Source of the DNA: Tubulanus polymorphus
Taxonomy: Eukaryota > Animalia > Nemertea
DNA: 64,000 nucleotides
Direction: 5' to 3'
NCBI RefSeq assembly: GCF_964204645.1
Contig: NC_134026.1
Coordinates: 22,044,150-22,108,149, forward strand
Positions within the stretch are counted from its first letter, which is position 1, and each line of letters starts with the position of its first letter. The translations under genes and the position numbers were made by a program. This document shows, piece by piece, positions 13,462 through 22,772 of the stretch. The notes beneath the pieces are model-generated. The model ran no database searches. It saw nothing but the letters and a program-made list of their open reading frames with translations, and was not told the origin of the DNA.

Positions 13462-13479
13462 TGGTGCCGTGACCAGGAT
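13462..13479 (+). promoter_or_regulatory. Primer-binding site for tRNA-His(GUG)
   Basis: TGGTGCCGTGACCAGGAT, 1 nt after the LTR; complement of the recalled invertebrate tRNA-His 3' end ATCCTGGTCACGGCACCA. Confidence 0.92.
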
Positions 13480-13486
13480 CAGCCGA

Positions 13487-16400
13487 ATGGAGGATACTCA
13501 ACTGAACCGGTCGACAATCACACGAACTGCAATCAGGCAGAAAGTTGATGATCTCGTCGTGAAATCGTCAACAATCGTCGAAGATTTTCGAACGACCGAA
13601 GACGATGTAGATTTACTAAATATCTACATCGAGCAGATCACAGAAAAGTTAAGTCGACTAGAGAAGCTAGACTCGACGATCGAGGACCTAACTCCTTTAA
13701 CGCATCTTTCAGACACGATTCAAGAAGCAGAGGACTTCAGATCTAGCGTCATCGAAAAACGCGGCCGAATAATCCGATTTGTAGAAAAGGCGAAGCACAC
13801 AACGCAACCTCATAATTCTTCGATGAACAATTCCGGTGCTTCTGTGACGCCATTTCGCCCGAACAAGGTAAATCTACCTAAACTTACGCTCGCCAAATTC
13901 GACGGCGATTTACTCAAATGGCAGGAATTCATAGACGGATTCAATTCAGCGGTCAACGACGACCCGAATCTCGACGACGTCGTTAAGTTCCAATACTTAC
14001 GCGCACAACTTAACGGCGAAGCTTACAGAACGATCGAGGGTCTGGCCCTCACCGCGTCGAATTATGCGAACGCACTTCAAGTACTGATAAAAAGGTATGG
14101 GCAACCGCAAATCATTATCAGTGCATATATGCGAGCGTTATGGGAACTTTCGCGACCGACAGAAGACATGCAGAGTCTGATGGAATTTTCGGACAAACTG
14201 GAAACATATATCCGAGGACTAAGTGCGCTCGGAAAAAACGAAGATAGCTACGGAGATTTGTTGACTCCGATTATCTTAGATAAACTGCCTGGGATGATAC
14301 GACGACAGATAACGAGGGATAATAACGGCGCGAATTGGAGTCTCCAGTCGTTGCGAGATGCCCTTTCGAGAGAGATAACAGCGTTCCAGGCAGGAGTTTC
14401 AGTGTACCCAGAAACTGCTCACCTGGGTACCACGTCAGCGTTCCACGTGGGCAATGCGATCAAGAGAAAACCATTAAAATGTACATTTTGTAAAGGGACA
14501 CATTTCGCGTCAGATTGTGTTCTTGTAACCGAACCAGAGAAACGCCTGGATATCGTTAAACGAGATAAACTTTGTTATAATTGCATGGGCACTCATCGTT
14601 CTCGGGACTGTAAATCCAAGAACACATGTAAAAAGTGCAGAGGGAAACATCACACGTTACTATGTGGTTCCTCCCTTACAGAAACGCGCGAGATTTCTAC
14701 GAAAGATCGACCACAAAACGGAAGCAGAAGCGATTCTCACGATATAAAAACTGTTCATCAAACGTATGCCGGCGCCCAACAACCACGACCAGATGGGCCC
14801 ATACTTCTTAAAACAGCTGTGGCGGAGATTTTTTCGCCATCAACTTCCGCTAATAACCGCTCGAATGGTCGTAAGATAAACATTTTACTGGACGAAGGCA
14901 GCCATAGATCGTTTATCACGACGCGAATTTCTGTCAGCTTAAATCTCCCACATCTGGGCCAAGAGGAAATCAATCTAGCGACGTTCGGAGAACAACTGGC
15001 CGGTCGGCGATTACTTCAAAGAACGAACTTTAACATCGCGTCATCAGAGGGTTCACCGATACTAATTGAAGCCCTCGTGATACCGACCATCTCCACGCCA
15101 ATCAGCAATCTTGTAAACAATAAAGTTTTGGATCTTCCGCATCTGCGAAACCTAACTCTAGCGGAACAGCCATCATCAATAACCGGCGACTTTGATATCG
15201 ATGTATTAATTGGCGCCGATTACTACTGGTCTATAGTCGGCGATAATACCGTGAAGGGCTACGGCCCGACTGCCGTTTCATCACGTATAGGGTATCTCTT
15301 ATCAGGGCCCATACCGAGCCACACCTTACTCACCGGAGTAAGGAATTCAACCGTTCTCAACGTATCTTGTGTGAGAAATATGGATCTCAATTCGCACCGC
15401 GGAGAGGAAGTCTCATTACAATCGTTTTGGGACTTAGAAACGATCGGCATCAAAGATGACGCTTCTTTGATAAAAAACCGTGGACTTGCTTATTCGGACT
15501 ATATTAAAACCCATCTAACTGTTGATAGCGATGGACGCTATACTGCGAAACTACCTTGGAAAGAAAGCCACGCCCCCTTGCCGGACAACAGACACGTGGC
15601 CGAAGCACGGACTCGCAGTATGATACGCCGTTTATCCGCAGAAATGAGAACCGTATACGATGCAATAATTGAAGAACAACTGTCGCGTGATTTCATAGAG
15701 GATGTAACACATGACATCTCTAGTATCGGACACTATTTACCCCACCGAGGAGTAAAAAAGGACTCTACTACCACGCCCCTCAGAATCGTTTTCGACTGCA
15801 GTTGTAGAGTCGGAAGCGAACCGTCGTTGAATGATTGCTTGGAAACTGGACCCCCGCTCCTAAACGATTTGGTATCTATATTGTTGCGATTTCGATTGTA
15901 CTCTACGGGAATATCCACCGATATCGAAAAGGCATTTTTACAAATAAGACTCCACGAACACGATCGGAAGTATACCAAATTCTTGTGGTTAACCGACCCG
16001 AATGATCCAGAAAGCGATTTCAAAGTACTTCAGTTTAAAAGTATCCTGTTCGGAGCGGTCTCGAGCCCGTTTGTTCTTAACGCCACTGTCAAATCCCACT
16101 TAGCCAATTACGATTGCGAAACCGCGGGGAAATTGGCCGAAAACATATACGTGGATAATATCGTCACTGGAGTAACATCTGAGGACAAAGCGATAAACTT
16201 TTATGCACAATCAAACGAAATAATGAATTCTGCAGGCTTGGCCCTCAGAGCGTGGGCAACTAATTGCCAGAGACTGCGTAATTTGGCGAGCTCGGATGGA
16301 GTAGCCGAGTCGAAACCCATCGCGAACGTCCTCGGGATCCGATGGGACACTCATAACGACACCCTTAGCATCAAGGTAGATGACGGAACGTCCGATCTGG

Positions 16401-18811
16401 TGACAAAACGTGAGGTAGTTAGCGCGGCGTCGAAGTTATATGATCCGCTTGGTTTTCTGGCCCCCGTACAGGTCAGGGCTAAGATGTACATCCAGGAACT
16501 CTGGAAACTTAATCTAGGCTGGGACGACCCAGTACAGGACGAATCAATGCGAGAAAAATGGTTCTCGATTCGGAATGATTTGTCACGTGCGTCAGAAATT
16601 GTGTTATCAAGGAAATACTTAAGTCAACCGCAAACCCAGAATTATGAAATACACGTGTTTGCTGATAGTAGCAAAGCAGCATTTGGAGCTGTGGTTTATT
16701 TACGAAACCAGCATGATACATCGTTTGTTATGTCTAAGACACGTGTCGCACCAGTAAAGGAATTAACTATTCCACGACTGGAATTACTTGCTGCTTTGAC
16801 CGGTTCGAAGCTTATCGATTATGTAACTGAATCGCTCGGTTCCGAAATCGCTATAACCAAAAAAGTGCTTTGGAGCGATAGTCAGATTGTGCTTTGTTGG
16901 TTGAACTCCGATCGAAAGTTACCAGTATTCGTCAGCAACCGCGTGAAACAGATTAAATCTATCAAAATTGACGAGTACCGCTACTGCCCGACGTCTGATA
17001 ATCCGGCAGACATACTATCGCGTGGAATCGACTCCGAGAAACTACGGCATTCTAATTTGTGGTGGTTTGGCCCCGAATGGCTGAAACATGGCGACTGGCC
17101 CGTGGATAAATTATACGCTGACACTAGCACAGTTAATATCCTCCACATCAACGATCCTCAACCCGGGCAGGTTGAAGACGCGGAGGACGAACGGATTGGT
17201 TTGGTAGAATTAATCGACATTGAACGATTCATAGAGTTGGGATCATTATTACGTGTCACCGCTTACGTTTTCTTGTTTGTCGCGAAACTTCAACGCCAGA
17301 CAGATCGGTCCGCCGCGGATCTGACGCCGAATGATATAGCCCGAGCTAGAACGGCGTGGATTAAAGCTGTGCAAAATGCTAATTATTCGAATGAAATTTT
17401 CGTGCTGCAGGGTAATCATGCAAAATCGCGAGCGCCCCTGACAAAACAGCTACGGTTGTTTATTGGCGATGATAGCTTGTTGAGAGTTGGAGGGAGACTC
17501 CATAACGCCCCGATTGATTATGGCGCGAAATTCCCAATATTACTTCCCCCGAAAGGGCGATTTACCGAGTTAACTGTGATTGATGCTCACGCGAGAGCAC
17601 TTCATTTGGGTACAGAATCAACGATTAACCGTATTCGACAAACGTATTGGATTCAAAGTATCAGGAAAATCGTTAAATCTCTGTTGCGAAAATGTTACAA
17701 TTGCAAAATCATTAGTGGTCAGCCATACCCACTACCGGACCCTGCACCGTTGCAGAAGAGCAGGCTGACAGATGCCCCTCCCTTTACCGTAACGGGAGTG
17801 GATTTCACCGGACATTTGTTCGTGAGAGATAACAACAGAGAAGCGAAAGCGTATATTATCTTGTTTACATGTGCGAACACACGTGCCGTTCATCTCGAGG
17901 TTGTTTCTGATATGTCGTGTGCCACATTTCTTCTCGCCTTCCGACGTTTCGCCGCACGTCGATCCTTACCCCAAAAGTTGATAAGTGATAATGGATCGGC
18001 ATTCGTGGCCGCGGCGGGAGAAATAAAGAAGCTTCTCGATATTCATTCGGTTCGAAAATACATGCTCGAGAAAAATGTTGAATGGGTATTTATACCAAAG
18101 GCCGCCCCATGGCATGGTGGCTTTTGGGAACGTTTAGTTGGACTTACGAAACAAGTTCTGAAACGTGTTTTAGTCCGCGCATACATATCGATGTCTGAAC
18201 TTATTACGCTCGTCGCGGAAATCGAAATGGTGATCAACAACCGCCCGCTTACGTATTTGTCCGATGACGTAACTGATCCAGAACCGCTAACACCATCGCA
18301 CCTCCTTCACGGACGAGTTATGTCGAATCTACCGCACCTATCTGATACCGATGCTATCAGTGATCCGGAGTATGGTGTTTCGATAAACACACAAAACCTC
18401 CAGAAACGCGCACAAAGAGTGATGGAACTCTTCGAACATTTTCGGTCTCGTTGGACCAACGAATACGTTATTGCGCTACGTGAACGACATCTGTCCATGC
18501 GAAATAATGGCAGAACAAGCGAGATTCGATCAGGAGACGTTGTACTCGTACACGACGACCAAAAACGTAGAATTAACTGGAAGCTTGCGATCGTAACGAA
18601 TCTGAACTACGGGAACGACGGCGCAGTTCGTTCAGCAGAAATTAGAATGGGCACTACAAATACTAGCCGACCTATAAATAAACTGTTCCCGCTTGAAATT
18701 AACACCGATATGGACTTTAAAGAGCCTGGCCCCGTTATAGCCTCCGATCCGCGACCCGTGCGAAACGCAGCGCGAAAGGCTCGTGCAAAAATCGTTGAAT
18801 GTTTGAAATAG
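13487..18811 (+). CDS. BEL/Pao Gag-Pol polyprotein, 1774 aa from the first ATG
   Basis: Gag core LPKLTLAKFDGDLLKWQEF; three Zn knuckles (CTFCKGTHFASDC, CYNCMGTHRSRDC, CKKCRGKHHTLLC); protease LLDEGS; RT DIEKAFLQI..FGAVSSPF..YVDN; RNase H VFADSS..IPRLEL..WSDS..NPAD; integrase H-H-C-C plus GVDFTG/SDNG/WERLV; C-terminal GDVVLVHDD..WKLAIV domain. Confidence 0.97.
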   Translation: MEDTQLNRSTITRTAIRQKVDDLVVKSSTIVEDFRTTEDDVDLLNIYIEQITEKLSRLEKLDSTIEDLTPLTHLSDTIQEAEDFRSSVIEKRGRIIRFVEKAKHTTQPHNSSMNNSGASVTPFRPNKVNLPKLTLAKFDGDLLKWQEFIDGFNSAVNDDPNLDDVVKFQYLRAQLNGEAYRTIEGLALTASNYANALQVLIKRYGQPQIIISAYMRALWELSRPTEDMQSLMEFSDKLETYIRGLSALGKNEDSYGDLLTPIILDKLPGMIRRQITRDNNGANWSLQSLRDALSREITAFQAGVSVYPETAHLGTTSAFHVGNAIKRKPLKCTFCKGTHFASDCVLVTEPEKRLDIVKRDKLCYNCMGTHRSRDCKSKNTCKKCRGKHHTLLCGSSLTETREISTKDRPQNGSRSDSHDIKTVHQTYAGAQQPRPDGPILLKTAVAEIFSPSTSANNRSNGRKINILLDEGSHRSFITTRISVSLNLPHLGQEEINLATFGEQLAGRRLLQRTNFNIASSEGSPILIEALVIPTISTPISNLVNNKVLDLPHLRNLTLAEQPSSITGDFDIDVLIGADYYWSIVGDNTVKGYGPTAVSSRIGYLLSGPIPSHTLLTGVRNSTVLNVSCVRNMDLNSHRGEEVSLQSFWDLETIGIKDDASLIKNRGLAYSDYIKTHLTVDSDGRYTAKLPWKESHAPLPDNRHVAEARTRSMIRRLSAEMRTVYDAIIEEQLSRDFIEDVTHDISSIGHYLPHRGVKKDSTTTPLRIVFDCSCRVGSEPSLNDCLETGPPLLNDLVSILLRFRLYSTGISTDIEKAFLQIRLHEHDRKYTKFLWLTDPNDPESDFKVLQFKSILFGAVSSPFVLNATVKSHLANYDCETAGKLAENIYVDNIVTGVTSEDKAINFYAQSNEIMNSAGLALRAWATNCQRLRNLASSDGVAESKPIANVLGIRWDTHNDTLSIKVDDGTSDLVTKREVVSAASKLYDPLGFLAPVQVRAKMYIQELWKLNLGWDDPVQDESMREKWFSIRNDLSRASEIVLSRKYLSQPQTQNYEIHVFADSSKAAFGAVVYLRNQHDTSFVMSKTRVAPVKELTIPRLELLAALTGSKLIDYVTESLGSEIAITKKVLWSDSQIVLCWLNSDRKLPVFVSNRVKQIKSIKIDEYRYCPTSDNPADILSRGIDSEKLRHSNLWWFGPEWLKHGDWPVDKLYADTSTVNILHINDPQPGQVEDAEDERIGLVELIDIERFIELGSLLRVTAYVFLFVAKLQRQTDRSAADLTPNDIARARTAWIKAVQNANYSNEIFVLQGNHAKSRAPLTKQLRLFIGDDSLLRVGGRLHNAPIDYGAKFPILLPPKGRFTELTVIDAHARALHLGTESTINRIRQTYWIQSIRKIVKSLLRKCYNCKIISGQPYPLPDPAPLQKSRLTDAPPFTVTGVDFTGHLFVRDNNREAKAYIILFTCANTRAVHLEVVSDMSCATFLLAFRRFAARRSLPQKLISDNGSAFVAAAGEIKKLLDIHSVRKYMLEKNVEWVFIPKAAPWHGGFWERLVGLTKQVLKRVLVRAYISMSELITLVAEIEMVINNRPLTYLSDDVTDPEPLTPSHLLHGRVMSNLPHLSDTDAISDPEYGVSINTQNLQKRAQRVMELFEHFRSRWTNEYVIALRERHLSMRNNGRTSEIRSGDVVLVHDDQKRRINWKLAIVTNLNYGNDGAVRSAEIRMGTTNTSRPINKLFPLEINTDMDFKEPGPVIASDPRPVRNAARKARAKIVECLK

Positions 18812-18983
18812 TTGCATAATAGTTACTATCAATGCCTGAATTTACTATTTAATCGTATTTTGAATTAACGTTTAGTTGTTTATTGATTTCCATAAGCTTT
18901 ATTTACTTAATCCATTGTAATGATTAGTCATATATCTCTCCGTTCTTACTCTTTATTTGTTTACCTTTGTCGCCCCGGAGAAA

Positions 18984-19225
18984 TGTCGAGAACAGGATGT
19001 TTATGTAAATATGTCAGTAACCATATAGTGTTCTCTCCCCCTTAGCCTATGTAGCGAATCATCATATATATTAGCATGCGCATGTGCAGTCGGGACAGGT
19101 GGTTAGCCTGTGTGTGACCGAAATAAACGAGTATCGTATGATCTGTAGACTGAACCCGTCGTGTTTTTAGTCTTTCTCTTCTTTTATCTCCGAACCTGGT
19201 CTTCTTTGTGACTCGCAACGCCACA
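18984..19225 (+). repeat. 3' LTR
   Basis: Direct repeat of 13219-13460; preceded by a short purine run ggagaaa (18977-18983) and followed by the TSD GAAGG. Confidence 0.98.
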
Positions 19226-19544
19226 GAAGGTGTCGGATTAATAAACGACCACGGTTGAATGTGACGAACGAACGTTTTCGTCTGTAACCGGAAAAGTTGT
19301 ACTTCCGTCGTTTGCGGTCACCATGTTCACCATAAACAGACATCAAGAGCGGCCAATAATCTATAAACTCGTGCTATATTAATTTCAATATCGCTGCATC
19401 ATTTGTCAACAAAATGACAGCTGAAAACTGCAATTACAGCGCCCACAAAACATGCCGTAGGTAGAAGAAAAATTGCGTCAGAGCTATATCCGTACATTAC
19501 ACACAGACATTGCCACATCTCTATAATCCTGAATTAGAATTCAA

Positions 19545-19712
19545 TACATTCTTAGAACAAATGGGTTCTTTGGGGTTCTTCGAAGAACCTTGAGGTATTT
19601 CAGCACCTAAAAGTGATATTAATGGTATAGAGGGGTTCTTTGTGAAATGAAAGGGTCTTCAAAGAATCCATGACTTCCATTCTATATATCATGTTGGTTC
19701 TAGGTAAACCTA
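19545..19712. repeat. Degraded DNA-transposon-like remnant with GGTTCT/AGAACC subrepeats
   Basis: Begins tacattcttagaac and repeats ggttct four times plus agaacc-like inverses, as in CACTA-like subterminal arrays; second end not found. Confidence 0.4.
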
Positions 19713-20615
19713 CGCATCGTAATTCCCACATATAAAATTCTGAAGATTTGAAAAATTGAATAATCCTGACATAATGACGTATGAATAGTTTCTATAGGTT
19801 TATTGGTATCACTATGAGATTGGTTCACACATTAAAAATTCCTAAAATGATGAAATGAGGTTAAAATTTTAAAAAAAACAATAAACGACTTGCTATGGTA
19901 TACGGGATTTATCTGTCGCGTATGTGCCGTAAGCGCACTCGCTGCAGACGAGGTTCTTCCTTCTTTTTTCATCCAAATCAAACGTGGATTCCCGCGACGT
20001 AAAACTTCCGCAAATACAAATATTCCCAATCGCGCAGAGAGTCATTTTGTGCCATCATCGGCGAGAAATTGCTATCAACCGATGGGACTGCTTTTACTAA
20101 CATGTCAGAGTAAATTAATGTCGGAGAAAAAACAAAAAGAACCGAACGCCAATATAATCCATCACCGACAAACTACCGGCTACAAATAATAACACTGAAG
20201 TGGAGAATCTTGGAGATCTCGAGACCGGAATACATCGATTTACTATTCTATCGAATCTGTAAGTTGAATAAGCTCGATGCAGTGATTTTCCAAGAAGCAA
20301 CGAAAAAGCATGTTTGAAACGTGAACTTGGGTTTACATTTCGTAAAGTAAAGATGACATTGGAAATGGTGCAAAAAATTATGGTAAGCGAATACGGCTAA
20401 AGCTGCCATTTGAAATATTCAACAGTAGCTTGCGTGTCATCTTCGTTCGCAAATCGTCTCAAAAGTGTGCTCTATTTATAGCGACACTCGTCCTTGTCGC
20501 CCTGCATGCTAATGAGCATCAGCAGTCACCGAAACAAGATCTCGCCGCAGCCAGTCGAGGAAAAATCAGACGGCGAGAAAATACGTGACCAGTTAAAAAC
20601 CTTGGAGTAATCATT

Positions 20616-20727
20616 CAGGCGGTTCAGTTGCTCAAAAGTTGGTTAGACTAAGCAGTGGATAGTTGACATAGTGACAATCAAAACTTCATTGGTTATCTTT
20701 AACCAATCTTTGAGCAACTCACCCCTT
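20616..20727. mobile_element. Short MITE, copy 1 (related to 59605-59731)
   Basis: Inverted arms agttgctcaaaagttggtta / taaccaatctttgagcaact; second copy in the window. Confidence 0.75.
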
Positions 20728-22009
20728 AATGATTAAGTATATCTGTATCTGAGATCTCCATCCATAGCGCCATGTGTAGCTTTTGCCCGATATTACATGG
20801 ATGTTTCTATATACGTATTTCCCGAATAAAGACACTAATGTCTATCGCCAATATAAAATTATCATTTCAGTAGTTCGTGCTTTGTATCGGCACCATCTGA
20901 TTTCCCGGGAAGTCTGAAGAACCATGCAACTGTCTTAAAGGAAATCCGACGATTACAACAAAATCAATCTCTGACATTTAAGCTTCAGGGGCTGATGGAA
21001 CGAAGATTTTCCATTAATGCGAGCGCTTTATCGATACAAGCCGGTTTCATTGACCAAGTTAACGACCAACAGCTTTCTCAAATTCAAAATTACCTGGACG
21101 GACTAAAAGAAGTAGTGTTCATTTTTTCAAGCATGTTATATAACGCTAAAGCACGACCATTGGGAGTCAGAGTTGCTAGCGCAATAAGAAACCGGAAAAA
21201 TCAGGATGAAAGGATTCGTACTACGAGGCGACGATATTAAATGGGCAAATCGGAAACCGTAAGGGCTCTCAGCGGCTTTCCAGTACTTCCATGAACATGC
21301 CGCCGGAAGTAGTGAAAATCCATCACCAGGTTCAAAGACGGCTGCTTTCGCGTATTAAATGCAATGTCTTTGAACTCCCCGCGAAATCATCGAATTTCCT
21401 GTTCGAACACTCAGCGTAAACAGCGCGTCTATGAATCAAACTAATTCAACGATTGAAACGGATTACGAATATTCAAATTCACCCAATTCACCGCGATTCC
21501 GTCGCCCTTGAGTTTCACTCGTCATGTTGGTCTCCTATGGTACTAGGATGGCTGCTCGCATGGTAATATTGCGGAGTCTCATCACCACCAGGCTTGAATT
21601 CCAGCCTAGAAAGCGCAAGACAAATCATGATGCGCATTGCTAGACACGTGCTCATTCTCCAGCATGTTTTCAGAAACTACGTTTTCTCATAGCGGCGAGA
21701 GAACATCGATGAACTAACTTGCGAGTTATCAGAAATGGAATTAGCGTCAAGACCCAGCACGATGTAGATTACTGCCAACAGATACACTGATCATGATACG
21801 ATAACAACTTAATGCAAAGATGCTTATGTCACGTATACACATATAAGTGTGTTTCTGTCACAAATGATATCCGTTTCTATCTTGAAGCGGAAAAAGATTT
21901 GAAGGACAATATTCAATATTTCGAAAAATGATTCTAAGACCGTGCAAAAAATATGCGGTGTTCCCAATATGTCCCACATTTTACTCCACCAAGAGTACGA
22001 CGAGTAAGT

Positions 22010-22170
22010 AGCACATTAGCTTGTGGTCCTAGATCAGCTGGACGTTTGTCGGCTTCTGAAGTTAGGTCAGGTTAGGTTAAGTTTCGAATACCTGCTTCCT
22101 GGGTTCCACACACGTGGATGATTTTTCTTTTGATTTTATTTTCTTTATATTTCATTTTATTTCTCTTAGT
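22010..22170 (+). repeat. Degenerate tRNA-derived SINE-like repeat (related to 56355-56455)
   Basis: B-box-like gtttcgaatacc followed by gcttcctggg..cacacac, matching the minus-strand copy at 56.4 kb; T-rich tail. Confidence 0.45.
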
Positions 22171-22764
22171 TATTCAAGGTGTTCCCTCGACAAATATCAT
22201 TTAATCCTTTTCATTTTTTGCCAACCCGTCGCCCGAAAGACTCAAACGGGAATTTCCTAATTCAATTCTATGATTTTCAATTAAGGCATGCGCAATTTCG
22301 AAATCTCATTCATGTTCAGTCAAAATATCCTTTGGTTGCATAGACGAATCAGCGAAAATAAAACTGTCACTGCTACGAAATCTCACATGGCAATCAGCAT
22401 CGTTTGTGATGAGGCATTCGATCCGTCTGGGATTAATTCCAGCTGGGTACTGGTGTAAAAACAAAACGTGTCAGCGCAAAGAAATAACAAGGCTGCGGAT
22501 TTCAGAAAGCCGGAGAGAGAGAGAATGTGTGCGTGTGCAACATTGGTGTGTATGTGAGTGCCCGGGAAAAAAAATACTGCCAACAATGTCTTACGTTTGT
22601 TCTGTAAATTAGACTCGTAATTGTCACAGACGATGATACAACTACGTTAATGAGAAGGCCCCAGTGTCGCTTACGAACAAGAAGCTAACGGCGAATATTT
22701 CGTAACTTCTCGCCGTGTCATTTCTTGAGTAAATATACACGAGGTACTTAGGCATAGCCAAATA

Positions 22765-22772
22765 TGACGTCA
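22765..22772. promoter_or_regulatory. Full CRE palindrome
   Basis: TGACGTCA; motif match only. Confidence 0.35.

Larger units (their letters stand above)
13219..19225 (+). mobile_element. Full-length BEL/Pao LTR retrotransposon (6,007 bp)
   Basis: Two 242-bp TG...CA LTRs; TSD GAAGG at 13214-13218 and 19226-19230; PBS; uninterrupted Gag-PR-RT-RH-IN ORF with BEL/Pao signatures. Confidence 0.98.

Noticed and set aside
13469-13486. GTG start of the polyprotein given in the ORF track
   Set aside because: It lies inside the PBS; the eukaryotic start is the ATG at 13487.
13277-13501. Antisense ORFs in the LTRs (also 19042-19224) and within gag-pol
   Set aside because: By-products of the LTR duplication and of the sense reading frame; no protein-like features.
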